A stretch of 64,000 nucleotides of DNA from a virus (Duplodnaviria; Caudoviricetes): IMG/VR virus record IMGVR_UViG_2895847146_000001, positions 1-64,000 of that record; one strand, written 5' to 3'. Positions 49,869 through 59,739 of this stretch are shown here, one piece after another. The number at the start of each line of letters is the position of its first letter. The stretch's first letter is position 1. The position numbers were made by a program, and so were the translations under genes. The notes beneath the pieces are model-generated. The model did no database searches. It was given only the letters and a program-made list of their open reading frames with translations, and was not told where the DNA came from.

Positions 49869-50646
49869 TCACGACTCGTATTGCGCCGCAATGGCCGGCA
49901 GCATGTCTCACAAGTTATTCTTTGTCGAGCACCTGCCCCGCCTGGGCACTATCCTGGATTATGGCTGCGCCGATGGCAAGATGGCCGAGGCGCTGGCGGG
50001 AGAGGAATTTGCGGGCCGGTTTTCGTTTGGCAGCATGGCCCTGTTCGACATTGACCAGCAGATGCTTGACCGCATTCCAGAGGACTTTTGGATTTGGAAG
50101 TTCCGCGAGGAGCAGCCGGCCCTAGACATGCTGGCGCAGAGCGGAGCCGCGCCATACCCGAGCGCCATTCTGTTTTCCTCGGTGCTACACGAAACCTACA
50201 CCCACCAGCCCGGGCAGATGAACGACTTGTGGCAGCGCGTGGCGGCTACCGGCGTGGAGTATATCATCATTCGGGATATGTTTTGGCAGGAAGGGCAAAA
50301 GGGCGCTTGCCTCGGCCCCACTCGCTCACTGACAGAGGCAGGGCTTACACAACTCTATAAAGAGCACTTAACTACGCAATGGCCCTCGCTTTCGGCAGTG
50401 GCCAACCACGTTCAGTTTCTGCTCAAATACCCGTATGTTGAAAACTGGCAACGTGAGCTGCAGGAGAACTATTTCGCCTTGCCAGATTTACGCCCCGTGT
50501 TGGCTCCGTTGGGCTACGAGCCCATGCACTGGTCCCATCACCAGGTGCCCTTCATTCAGGAGCGGATAAAGACTGACACAGGCATTGAGTTACCTTTTAA
50601 CACGCACCTGACCGCCATTTTTAAGCGAAAAAACCTCCAATCTTGA
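49852..50646 (+). CDS. Class I SAM-dependent methyltransferase-like protein
   Basis: ILDYGCADG, FDID..ML, FSSVLHE, IIIRD. Confidence 0.8.
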   Translation: MAPIFSHDSYCAAMAGSMSHKLFFVEHLPRLGTILDYGCADGKMAEALAGEEFAGRFSFGSMALFDIDQQMLDRIPEDFWIWKFREEQPALDMLAQSGAAPYPSAILFSSVLHETYTHQPGQMNDLWQRVAATGVEYIIIRDMFWQEGQKGACLGPTRSLTEAGLTQLYKEHLTTQWPSLSAVANHVQFLLKYPYVENWQRELQENYFALPDLRPVLAPLGYEPMHWSHHQVPFIQERIKTDTGIELPFNTHLTAIFKRKNLQS

Positions 50647-50768
50647 TTTTCGAGATAAAAAGTAAATTTTCTGTCTTGATTATAAAGATAGAATCAGAAG
50701 TTTCTCTACCTTTAGCACATCGAAACACCGGGCACTCGTCCGGTTTTCTTTGCTCGAAAATTTCACAA

Positions 50769-50927
50769 ATGGCACAATCAACTACCGTAAATGTGAATCG
50801 GCTGGTAACACCAGCTGAGTATGCCAGGATGAAGTATGTTACCCCTAAAACGGTATACAACTGGATCAAGTCCGGCCAAGTAGCCAGCCGAACCATTGGT
50901 AATCGTCAGTTTGTAGAGCTGAGCTAG
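50769..50927 (+). CDS. Small HTH protein
   Basis: TPAEYARM..VTPKTVYNWIKSG. Confidence 0.7.
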   Translation: MAQSTTVNVNRLVTPAEYARMKYVTPKTVYNWIKSGQVASRTIGNRQFVELS

Positions 50928-50960
50928 AATTTGCATCACCATTTTTTACCAGCCTGTGTA

Positions 50961-51653
50961 ATGGAAATTCGCAAGATGTGGCCCGAAATCAAGGGCAAAG
51001 TTGCAGCCGTCTATCTTATTGGCAATACGCTGGATGACAGGGTTTATATCGGCTCATCCTGCCATGTGAGAAACCGCATGTCGTTTCACTTTCATTGCTT
51101 AAAGCGCGATAAGCACCACTCGGCTAAGCTTCAGAACTTCTATAATAAGTACGGCGAAGGCGTTATTACCACTTCCATTCTTGAGATTTGCGAAGTTGAC
51201 AACTTGATTGTGCGGGAGCAATACTGGATTGACTCTTACGTAAAGCACCACAAGGAGTCAGATTTGATGAACATAGCCCACAAAGCCGGAAGCTGTCGAG
51301 GCATTAAGCAAAACCCCGAGGTAGTAAAAGCTCGATGTGAACGAGCTAAGGCCAATCGACTAGCCAACCACATGGCGGAAGTGAGGGAAAGCATTGACAA
51401 GCAGAAGCGCGATGAAACAGAGATCTTGCGCAGAGCAAACAGTAAATGTGAAATATGCAACAAGCACATTGACTTAGTGTCCGATGACGATTTCCGGGAT
51501 TATCACACCATTTACAATACCAACACTGACAAGTATTGGCGGTTAGCAACCATTGACAGCCAACTATTGCTGTGCTACCATTGCCACACCAACATTGTAA
51601 GGCAGCTGCGCCACACGGTGAAAATAGCAAACTGGCTTGCCAAGCAACCATGA
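50961..51653 (+). CDS. GIY-YIG homing-endonuclease-like protein with C-terminal HNH-like zinc domain
   Basis: AVYLI.N...VYIGSS..R..H, REQYWID, CEIC...LLLCYHCH. Confidence 0.8.
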   Translation: MEIRKMWPEIKGKVAAVYLIGNTLDDRVYIGSSCHVRNRMSFHFHCLKRDKHHSAKLQNFYNKYGEGVITTSILEICEVDNLIVREQYWIDSYVKHHKESDLMNIAHKAGSCRGIKQNPEVVKARCERAKANRLANHMAEVRESIDKQKRDETEILRRANSKCEICNKHIDLVSDDDFRDYHTIYNTNTDKYWRLATIDSQLLLCYHCHTNIVRQLRHTVKIANWLAKQP

Positions 51654-51898
51654 GGCTGCATCAGGCTCAACTACTGATGCGGGCGCACTTCCCCGAGGCG
51701 GACCGCTTGCTTTTCACCAAGGGCGGCCCCACACAAACCCTCACCCTGCTGGCCCACGGCCAGACCTTGTGCACCGCCATCTTCTCCCACTACGCGCTGC
51801 TTTCCTTCCGCTCCGACTACTACGACGAGCACGAAATGACCGCCGTTATCAACGAATTCTGTTTTGGTAAAACCCTTACTCTTCAACTTGCCGCTTAA
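51650..51898 (+). CDS. Phage hypothetical protein
   Basis: Coupled ORF (ATGA overlap). Confidence 0.5.
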   Translation: MRLHQAQLLMRAHFPEADRLLFTKGGPTQTLTLLAHGQTLCTAIFSHYALLSFRSDYYDEHEMTAVINEFCFGKTLTLQLAA

Positions 51899-51901
51899 GC
51901 C

Positions 51902-52450
51902 ATGAGCAACGAAGCATCTTTCACAGTAGCGAAAAGCACAGTAGAGTGCTACAAGATTCGCAGCGTCAACGGCGGGTTCGCCTGGGCTGATATTACAATT
52001 GACGCCAACAGCCGTGGTGGTCGTATTCAAATAGCCTCCGATTATGGCGACTGGCAACACTATTGGGGAGCAGCCGGCTCGGATTTCAAGGCGTTTTTGG
52101 AAGGCATAAGCCATGACTATGCTGCCTCCAAGTTTGGCGCCGAGCGGTGGATAAATGTAAAGGCCACCGTCAAGCAATATAAGCAAGACCTTATTGAAGC
52201 CCGTCGGGAGGAAGCCCTAACACAAGACGAGGCCCGCCAGATCTATGATGAGATAACGGAATTAGAACACGAATCAAACAACTCCATAGTCGCGGCTATA
52301 CAGGCCACCACTCACCTTGAAAGCTTTCTGTATGATACGTCAGGTATACCAGAATTAAGCTACGAGGACAATCCACATTTCAGACACTTCTGGGAAGAAC
52401 TGTGGCCAGTGCTATTAGCAGAGTTTAAAAAGGAGTCTGTAACGGCCTGA
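51902..52450 (+). CDS. Phage hypothetical protein
   Basis: 182 aa, I.SDYG.W...W motif. Confidence 0.65.
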   Translation: MSNEASFTVAKSTVECYKIRSVNGGFAWADITIDANSRGGRIQIASDYGDWQHYWGAAGSDFKAFLEGISHDYAASKFGAERWINVKATVKQYKQDLIEARREEALTQDEARQIYDEITELEHESNNSIVAAIQATTHLESFLYDTSGIPELSYEDNPHFRHFWEELWPVLLAEFKKESVTA

Positions 52451-52453
52451 GCC

Positions 52454-52708
52454 ATGAAAGAGTCACGCTGGCGGCTGCTGTTCCGCCCTAAGATCATGGA
52501 TCTACTGGCCGAGATACCAGCCGGAACGCCCGAACAAGAAGTTCGGCGCCTTATGCGGGGAAAGGGCCCCACGCAGACCTCGCACCTGCCAAAAATGTGG
52601 AGCAAGGAGCTAAATGCGCAGCTGGACGCCCGGTTTGACCGCACCCGCTTCACGAATCTGGGCCGCCCCATAGCCCGCCCAAATCCAAACCAACAATCAC
52701 TGTTCTAG
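52454..52708 (+). CDS. Phage hypothetical protein
   Basis: 84 aa ending QQSLF. Confidence 0.55.
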   Translation: MKESRWRLLFRPKIMDLLAEIPAGTPEQEVRRLMRGKGPTQTSHLPKMWSKELNAQLDARFDRTRFTNLGRPIARPNPNQQSLF

Positions 52709-52714
52709 CCCACC

Positions 52715-53785
52715 ATGACAGCCGCCGTCCTCCAGCACCCTAGCGCAGTTCTTACGGTATCCCGCACCGAGCCGGAGCAGCAAACCGTTCGGGGCTTCAT
52801 TCTCTCGGTGGCCGGCATGCACCCAGCTCCCAAGCAGGCGCTGGCCGAGGTTTGCGGCCAGCACTTCGCCGGCCTGACGGTAACCAACAAGACGCTGGTG
52901 CAGGCCCTGGGCATGACCGAGCCAATGGTTTCCCGCCACCTCAAGCGCCTGGTGGAAATGGACCTGATTGTGGTGCAAAGCTCGCCCCGCAGCATCCTGC
53001 CTTCTGCCTTACTGGTCGAGGCTATTGGCCGTCGGGACAGCGAAAAAGTTACCGAAACTGCCCGCAAAAGTTACCGATACTCGGAAAAAGTTACCGAAAC
53101 TCCCCGGGCCGATTTGGGAAAAGTTACCGAAACTCTCTCAAAAGTTACCGAAACTCACCCAAATCTTACCGAAACTCCGGTAAAAGTTACCGAAACTCCA
53201 AAAGTTACCGAAACTCCGGTGCTGGCCCGCCAGATACAGGAGCTTACCGCCGAAAATCAGCGGCTGACTACCGAGCTGGAAACGACCACCTCGCAACGCG
53301 ACAAGGCCGTGGCCGCCTGGAAGGAGCAGAAGAAACTGATAGCCGAGTTGCAGCAACGAGTGGCCGAACTGCAAACCTTGCCCGTGCCGGTGGCGCCAAC
53401 GCCCGCCCCGGCCGCAAAGAAGAAAATCAGCACCACGGCCAAGATGCTGCTCCGGAATTCAGCCGTCAACACCTTGGCCCTGTTCACGGCCGCCTGGACG
53501 GAAGCCGCCGCCAAGAATCCGGACCGCTACGCCAAATACGCCGCCGCCGACCTGGCCCACTACCACGAGAGTTTCCTGGATTGGTCGGACAGCAACAACG
53601 AAACCAAGGCCGACTGGCTGGCCACCATTCGCGGAGGCATGCGCCGCGACCTGGAGAAAGGCGAGTTCAAAACCGGCCGGCCGATGGCGAGCCAGCAGAC
53701 CAGCTCATCTGGTCTTACGCCCGAGCAGCGCCAAAAGCAAGTAGAGGCATTGCGAGCCCGCAACGCCCAACAACCTACCCGCTAA
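52715..53785 (+). CDS. Replication initiator of prophage B containing the origin
   Basis: N-terminal winged HTH, KVTET repeats from iterons, coiled coil. Confidence 0.75.
   Translation: MTAAVLQHPSAVLTVSRTEPEQQTVRGFILSVAGMHPAPKQALAEVCGQHFAGLTVTNKTLVQALGMTEPMVSRHLKRLVEMDLIVVQSSPRSILPSALLVEAIGRRDSEKVTETARKSYRYSEKVTETPRADLGKVTETLSKVTETHPNLTETPVKVTETPKVTETPVLARQIQELTAENQRLTTELETTTSQRDKAVAAWKEQKKLIAELQQRVAELQTLPVPVAPTPAPAAKKKISTTAKMLLRNSAVNTLALFTAAWTEAAAKNPDRYAKYAAADLAHYHESFLDWSDSNNETKADWLATIRGGMRRDLEKGEFKTGRPMASQQTSSSGLTPEQRQKQVEALRARNAQQPTR
53044..53215 (+). repeat. Origin iterons of prophage B
   Basis: Eight copies of AAAAGTTACCGAAACT (two with variants) at 53044, 53066, 53086, 53119, 53140, 53161, 53182, 53200. 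Confidence 0.85.
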
Positions 53786-53803
53786 CCCTTCACAACCCCT
53801 GTT

Positions 53804-54301
53804 ATGAGCACACTCAAAATCACCGGCAAACCCTCAGACAACACGCGCCTGCCCGGCACCGGCTCATTTTACAAGTACACCCATGTAGAGGCTTATCTTG
53901 ATAGGGGAGCCAAAATAATTGATGTACTGCGAGAAGCAGCCCGCATAATGGATAGTCAAACGGCCAGTACTGCAACCGGCGCGGGGGATGAGTTGGAGCA
54001 GCATTATTGGAGAAAGCTATACAACCAAGAGGTTGAAGTATATGCCGTTCGCAAAGGTGGTGTTACCACTATCAGTCGCTCTACGGGCCAAACGTTAGTA
54101 GTTCAAGCCCCCGTTACAGGCCGCAAAAAGATTGGCTATGGCTGGAATACTTGGACGTTTCAGTATGTGGGGGATGCCTCTATTCTAAATGATGTGGCTG
54201 GATATTTTTGGGGCCAAGACTCGCGGGGGTATGGCCCAGGGGGGATAGACTCTAAAACAGATACTGAAGTCGTTTGGGGCCAGTCGGCCAGTTGCGACTA
54301 A
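53804..54301 (+). CDS. Hypothetical protein
   Basis: 165-aa lower-GC ORF in the replication operon. Confidence 0.6.
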   Translation: MSTLKITGKPSDNTRLPGTGSFYKYTHVEAYLDRGAKIIDVLREAARIMDSQTASTATGAGDELEQHYWRKLYNQEVEVYAVRKGGVTTISRSTGQTLVVQAPVTGRKKIGYGWNTWTFQYVGDASILNDVAGYFWGQDSRGYGPGGIDSKTDTEVVWGQSASCD

Positions 54302-54304
54302 GCC

Positions 54305-54775
54305 GTGATTGCCGAGTTTGAAGCCCGCCTGCACGAAGCATTCCAGCCCTTCCTGCAGCAGGCCCAGCGCCGCCGCAACCGCATCAAGGCCCTGGAAGCC
54401 CAGCCCCAGACCGAGGCCACGGCCAAGTCCATAGAGATTGAAAAGCGCGAGGTCAAGACCATTGTGGAGGCCGCCAAGCAGTTCAACGCCCTCTTTGCCG
54501 ACATGCGGGCTGCCGTCGAGCACCAGCAGCAAGTCACCGAGAAAATGAAGGCCACCCTCATTCCCGAGGTCGAAAAGGCCGACTACTTCGAAACCCAATT
54601 CTTCCGCGCCGTCGATGCCCTGACCGAATACGCCCCTGAACTCCCAGACGAAAAGTGGCCCAGCGTGTTGCTGGCCGGCTATATGTCTATCCTGCGCGTA
54701 GTCCACCTGCGCAATGCCCCGGCCACGTACCAGGCCACCTATCCGACGCGCTACCCCATGCCTGCTCATGCTTGA
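54305..54775 (+). CDS. Phage hypothetical coiled-coil protein
   Basis: 156 aa with phage codon usage. Confidence 0.6.
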   Translation: MIAEFEARLHEAFQPFLQQAQRRRNRIKALEAQPQTEATAKSIEIEKREVKTIVEAAKQFNALFADMRAAVEHQQQVTEKMKATLIPEVEKADYFETQFFRAVDALTEYAPELPDEKWPSVLLAGYMSILRVVHLRNAPATYQATYPTRYPMPAHA

Positions 54776-56288
54776 CCTTTCCGAACTAGACGAACCTACC
54801 ACCCTAGCCGATACCAGCGCGGCCTTGCCAGCCATTGTGCCGCCGCACGCTACGGATGTGGAACGGGTTGTGCTCAACACCATTCTTACCCAACCCGACG
54901 GCCTGCGTGTAGCCCTCACTCTACTCAAAGCGCCCGAGGTCTTTTACCAGCCCATCCACCGCTTTGCCTACGAAGCGGCCGTGGAGCTGCACGGCGCCGG
55001 CCTGGCCGTGGACTACCTTTCCGTTACCGAGCAGCTGCGCACGATGGGCCGGCTTTCCGCTGCTGGCGGCCCAAACGCCATTGCCACGCTGGCCCGGGTC
55101 AACAGCAACCACGACACGGAAACCCACTGTCTGAAGCTGCTCGAATACTACACGCTCCGCCAAGTACTGGCCGCCGCCCAGCAGATGATCCGCGACGTGC
55201 AGGACAGCACCCAGAAGCCGCTGGAAATTGTGGCCAAAGCTCAGCAGGGCCTCAGCGCCTGTGTCGATGCCATGACCACGCGCAAAGCGCAGTCACTGAA
55301 CGAGCTATACGACCCGGCATTTCAGGCCATCCAGGATGCCATGACCCGTAAGGGCCTCGTGGGCGTACCCTCCGGCATTGAGGAAATCGACAAAGTAACC
55401 GGAGGCTGGCAGGGCGGTAAATTTATCATCATTGCCGCACGGCCAGGTATGGGCAAAACCAGCCTGGGCCTGCAAATGGCTCGCAACGCGGTAGTAGACT
55501 TCCGCAAGCCCGGCGCCTTCTTCTCGCTGGAAATGAGCGAGCAGGAACTAGCCATCAAGCTGATTGCCCTGGAAACCTTGTGCACGGCCAGCGAGCTGAC
55601 CAAGGGCCAACTACCCGACGGCGTGACACTAGACGATCTGCGTGCCAAATCGAAGAAGCTCCGCACCGACGGACTACTGTTCGATGATAACAGCAGCCTA
55701 ACCATTTCGCAGCTGCGGGCCAAGGCTTCGCGCATGAAGGCCGAGCAGGGCATTGAGTGGATAATGATTGACTACGTGCAATTAATGAAGGGCGAGGGCG
55801 GCAAGGCAGGTAACCGCGAGCAGGAGCTGGCGGCCATTTCCCGGGGATGCAAGCAGTTGGCCAAGGAGCTGAATATTCCTGTGATTGCTTTTGCCCAGCT
55901 GAGCCGCATCGTGGAAAACCGGCCAGACAAGAAAGCCCTGCTCAGCGACTTGCGCGAGTCGGGTGCCCTGGAGCAGGACGCGGACATGGTAATCTTTCCG
56001 TGGCGGGCAGAAGCCTACAAAATCACGGAGGACGAAATGGGCAACCCCACAGCCGGCACCGCTGAGATTCACATTGCCAAGCACCGAGGCGGGCCAACGG
56101 CCAACCCAACGATTATGTGCGACATCCAGTACGGCCGCTTCTACACGCCGGAGCCCGACTGGAACAGCTTCCACCAAGTGCCGCCCGAGCCGGAGAACAA
56201 GTTTCCCGCCAGCACCTTCGAGGACGACGCGCCCCGCAGCTTCCCGCCCCTGGACCCCAACAAAGCCACCGACGAAATTCCCTTTTGA
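54768..56288 (+). CDS. dnaB: Replicative DNA helicase
   Basis: AARPGMGKT, IDYVQLM, AQLSR, DLRESGALEQDAD. Confidence 0.95.
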   Translation: MLDLSELDEPTTLADTSAALPAIVPPHATDVERVVLNTILTQPDGLRVALTLLKAPEVFYQPIHRFAYEAAVELHGAGLAVDYLSVTEQLRTMGRLSAAGGPNAIATLARVNSNHDTETHCLKLLEYYTLRQVLAAAQQMIRDVQDSTQKPLEIVAKAQQGLSACVDAMTTRKAQSLNELYDPAFQAIQDAMTRKGLVGVPSGIEEIDKVTGGWQGGKFIIIAARPGMGKTSLGLQMARNAVVDFRKPGAFFSLEMSEQELAIKLIALETLCTASELTKGQLPDGVTLDDLRAKSKKLRTDGLLFDDNSSLTISQLRAKASRMKAEQGIEWIMIDYVQLMKGEGGKAGNREQELAAISRGCKQLAKELNIPVIAFAQLSRIVENRPDKKALLSDLRESGALEQDADMVIFPWRAEAYKITEDEMGNPTAGTAEIHIAKHRGGPTANPTIMCDIQYGRFYTPEPDWNSFHQVPPEPENKFPASTFEDDAPRSFPPLDPNKATDEIPF

Positions 56289-56453
56289 CCATGAAGCAGC
56301 CCCACGAGTACCTGCCCACGCCGACGGCCTCGCCCCTGGGCCTTGTCATTCCGCACGCCCAAGCCGTGGCCGCCATCGAGGCCGCGCTACAGGACGCCGA
56401 GAAGTACCGCACCCTGCTTCAAAAAGCTATTCGAAACTCTCAATCACCTCATT

Positions 56454-57107
56454 ATGGCAGATAATAAAGAACAAGCGTTTTGCGCCATTGTCACGGCACG
56501 CCTGACCGAGGACGGCTGGGCCATCTACCAGGAGGTAGAAACACCCGTGGGACGCGCCGATATTGTAGCCGTTCGGGACGGAATACGCTGGGCTGTTGAG
56601 GTGAAAACATCCATGAACTTGGCCGTCATGGACCAAGCCCGCGCCAACGCTGCCTACTTCCACTACAGCTCAGTGGCTGTAGCCGCGCCAAAAGGCGGGC
56701 CAGTAACGCGGTCCTGGCGCTTCGCTGAAGAATGCGGGCAGGTATTTGGCTTCGGTGTGATTTCTCTTCACCCCAAGTCACACGAAACGCAAATGATGCG
56801 CACTCGCTCCCGGGGCCGCCTGAACCGCCGACCACTACCTGTAAAGCTCCACGAGGAGCAAAAAAGCGAAGTGCAGGCCGGCAGCAACCGGGGCGGTCAG
56901 TGGACCACCTTTAAAAGTACACTGCGCAACCTGGAAATAGCCGTGCGTCACTCCCCGGGCATTCGGCTCCGGGATGCTATCAAGCGAATCTCGCATCACT
57001 ACAGCAACGAGCCCTCCGCCACCGGCTCTATTTCTCGCTACATCCGAACCGGAGTTATTAAAACGCTTCGACTTGAAAACGGCCTTCTCTACGAGGCAAA
57101 GCCATAA
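56454..57107 (+). CDS. PD-(D/E)XK nuclease-like protein
   Basis: QEV...GRADIVA...AVEVK. Confidence 0.7.
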   Translation: MADNKEQAFCAIVTARLTEDGWAIYQEVETPVGRADIVAVRDGIRWAVEVKTSMNLAVMDQARANAAYFHYSSVAVAAPKGGPVTRSWRFAEECGQVFGFGVISLHPKSHETQMMRTRSRGRLNRRPLPVKLHEEQKSEVQAGSNRGGQWTTFKSTLRNLEIAVRHSPGIRLRDAIKRISHHYSNEPSATGSISRYIRTGVIKTLRLENGLLYEAKP

Positions 57108-57151
57108 TCTAACATTTCACTTTTTCCATTCACTTTTTCCCCTTTTACCCC

Positions 57152-57541
57152 ATGAGTACTTCGTTCACCACCACCGGCACCATCAGCCACATTTTCGAAG
57201 AACGTCAGGTTTCTGAGAAATTCCGCCTGCAGGAATTCGCTATTTCGGTACCCGACGGCAACTACCCGCAGACCATCAAGTTTCAGGTGACCAATGACCG
57301 CATCGACCTGCTTTCCCCCTACGCCGTGGGCCAGGAAATAGAGGTGAGTTTCAACCTACGCGGCCGGGAGTTTACCAAGAACGGCCAGGTCAGCGTCTTT
57401 AACTCGCTCGATGCGTGGAAGATTCAGACGCCCGGCCAGGGCCAGCAGCCCGCCCAGAGCGCCAACAAGAACCCGAACCTGCGGGCTCAGCCAGCCGCAG
57501 CACCCGCCGCCAACGACGAGGATAATGACCTGCCGTTTTAG
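57152..57541 (+). CDS. DUF3127 OB-fold (SSB-like) protein
   Basis: YPQTIKFQ..VSFNLRGRE..FNSLDAWKI, acidic DNDLPF tail. Confidence 0.85.
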   Translation: MSTSFTTTGTISHIFEERQVSEKFRLQEFAISVPDGNYPQTIKFQVTNDRIDLLSPYAVGQEIEVSFNLRGREFTKNGQVSVFNSLDAWKIQTPGQGQQPAQSANKNPNLRAQPAAAPAANDEDNDLPF

Positions 57542-57609
57542 CAAGTGATTGATTATCAATTGTTTAATAGCCTCGCCGGTTCTACTGGCGGGGCTTAACA
57601 AACCCAGCC

Positions 57610-58047
57610 ATGACTAAAGAACAATTAGCCGCCAGCCTAGACGGCTGCCAGTACCGCGACGAAGTGAATAAGGAGTGGGCCAAGATTGCTGAAGAAGCGG
57701 GCCTGATTGTCGTTTTCGGCGCCTCTGACGACCTAATGGAGGTTCGCGGAGCAGTAGATGATGAGCTTAATGCTTGGGATGGTGTGGAGGCCGTGTTTTA
57801 CAAGCATAATACAGGCTTTTCCGTTATCGAGAACAACAGTGAAACCATCCGGGAAATTGAGGACGACTTTCACCTGTATAAGGCGCTTGGTGCTATGTTA
57901 GACCGCCATAACCTAGTTCGTATCACACCCGCCAAAGACTGCCAGTGGGACGTAATCACCACCCTACCCCACGCCAAATTCGATGTAAAGGAAGAGGAAG
58001 ACTTGTACTGTCGCGCCGTCGTTATCGACATTAAAGACCTGAAGTAG
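57610..58047 (+). CDS. Phage hypothetical protein
   Basis: GLIVVFGASDDLME.RGAV.DE, PHA.FDV.E....YCR. Confidence 0.7.
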   Translation: MTKEQLAASLDGCQYRDEVNKEWAKIAEEAGLIVVFGASDDLMEVRGAVDDELNAWDGVEAVFYKHNTGFSVIENNSETIREIEDDFHLYKALGAMLDRHNLVRITPAKDCQWDVITTLPHAKFDVKEEEDLYCRAVVIDIKDLK

Positions 58048-58050
58048 GTA

Positions 58051-58590
58051 ATGGCACGCATCGGCCTCAGCCAAGAACAACTCGACAAGCTCACCCAGCG
58101 CAATCCGCACCTGCGGGTTGCTGCTGCGGAGCGGCCGGCGCCCACGGCGAAAGTGGTGCCGCACCCGGCCGTGCAGGAATTCATTGACCGCATACAGACG
58201 GAATCCGCTATAGCTCCGTTAGTATTTATAGTCGAGCCAATGGGCGCCCCACGGCAAACGCGCAAAGACAAATGGGCCAACCCGCCCCGGGAGGTGATTG
58301 CCCGCTACCGGGCCACCAAGGACGTCATTCGCGCCCAGGCCCTGCAGCAGGGCTACGAGCTGGGGCCGACCCTGCACATTTGCTTCGAAGTATCCATGCC
58401 AGCCAGCTGGTCCAACAAAAAGAAAGACCAGCTACGCGGTAAGCCGCATCAGCAGAAACCGGATGTGGACAACATGAGCAAGTTGTGGATGGATGCTTTT
58501 CATATTGACGACAGCCACGTTCACACCCTCCACGCCTCCAAGGTGTGGGCCGATACCGGCCGCATCTTGGTCTATCCAGAAAAACCATGA
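58051..58590 (+). CDS. rusA: RusA-family Holliday junction resolvase
   Basis: MP.SWS.KK..H.QKPDVDN..K..MDA...DD..V....SK.W. Confidence 0.85.
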   Translation: MARIGLSQEQLDKLTQRNPHLRVAAAERPAPTAKVVPHPAVQEFIDRIQTESAIAPLVFIVEPMGAPRQTRKDKWANPPREVIARYRATKDVIRAQALQQGYELGPTLHICFEVSMPASWSNKKKDQLRGKPHQQKPDVDNMSKLWMDAFHIDDSHVHTLHASKVWADTGRILVYPEKP

Positions 58591-59084
58591 GCACTACCCT
58601 AGAAATACTACAAGCCTACCCGCTGGGCACCCTAGAAGTGGAAGTAATGAACCGCTTCAGTGGCAACTCATTTCGCGCATGGGTGCGCGGGCTTCAGGTT
58701 GGGGCTGTTGGCGTTGAAGTTGAAAAGGAGGGAGCGAACGGCTACACCTCTTTTCACGACCTAGAATATGTAACCCCGGTCCTCCGCTCCTTTGAAGACC
58801 TCTGCATTCCCTTAGAAGATGGGACAGTACCAGCGGTAGAAGTAGCAAAAATCATAGGGCCAGATAAATACGATTGGGCTAGAGCAAGGGCTGAATCCTT
58901 TAACGGGCACAAATACATCGTTGTCTTTCATCATAACGGGTCAGAGCTATTCACCCTCTACAATGATGATTACGGGCTAAGCGAGTGCAGCCTACATGAT
59001 GGACTAAGGGCTATTGCCTACCTACGCTCCAAGCACTTCGCAGTGAATCTGACCCCCGACCAGTACATCCGAAAGACCGCATGA
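58587..59084 (+). CDS. Phage hypothetical protein
   Basis: Coupled ORF (ATGA overlap). Confidence 0.6.
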   Translation: MSTTLEILQAYPLGTLEVEVMNRFSGNSFRAWVRGLQVGAVGVEVEKEGANGYTSFHDLEYVTPVLRSFEDLCIPLEDGTVPAVEVAKIIGPDKYDWARARAESFNGHKYIVVFHHNGSELFTLYNDDYGLSECSLHDGLRAIAYLRSKHFAVNLTPDQYIRKTA

Positions 59085-59451
59085 GCACCGACCGGCCCCG
59101 TGCCAGCGTGCTGGCCTGCCACCGCAAGCCGCAGTATAAAACCAAGAAGGACGCCGAGCACGCAAACCGCTTCATTCAGCAGTACGAGGCGTTGGCCTAC
59201 CGCTGCAAGCACTGCCGAAAATTCCACACCATCATCATTCAATACTGAGCATGTACCCACAAGCGAGGCCGCAGGACAAAAGCCGGGAAATCTTTCTGGA
59301 CGCACGCGGCAACCTGTGCAGAGCCAGTCTGATGTTTCCCGGCGTCCTGCGCACTATCACCCACCTGCACGTCCCCCAGGGGTTGCCGGAACTGCCCCAA
59401 TATATTGCCTTCAGCACTCTTTAGCCCCCCCCCTCACAAAGACCCAAGACC

Positions 59452-59664
59452 ATGATCCAGGATTCAGATTGTCAAGATTTTATAGAAATCCAAGCCCGTT
59501 TTACTGTCCATATCGGCCAAGGTGGGGTAAGAGAGGAAACGGTAACGGTAGAAGTGCCTGCTCACTGGGACCAACTCAGTGACAATCAGAAGCGAGAATA
59601 CCTCTTTGATGATTGGAAGGAGTGGGCTTATCAGTACGTCGATGGTAGCTACGACCCCATCTAA
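59452..59664 (+). CDS. Phage hypothetical protein
   Basis: 70-aa acidic ORF. Confidence 0.55.
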   Translation: MIQDSDCQDFIEIQARFTVHIGQGGVREETVTVEVPAHWDQLSDNQKREYLFDDWKEWAYQYVDGSYDPI

Positions 59665-59739
59665 GTCAACCCATCCAGCGAGGCCGCAGCCAAGTTGCAT
59701 TTGCCCCTGTAAGCTCTTACTGCTTGAAAACGAAGAACA

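Noticed and set aside
53044-53215. Repeat array as CRISPR
   Set aside because: Repeats are 16 bp with 2-17 bp gaps, lie inside an initiator gene, and no cas genes are present; iterons fit better
52852-53901. 349-aa alternative-frame ORF with KSYRN repeats
   Set aside because: Frame-shadow of the iterons and high GC; the 52715 frame has the HTH
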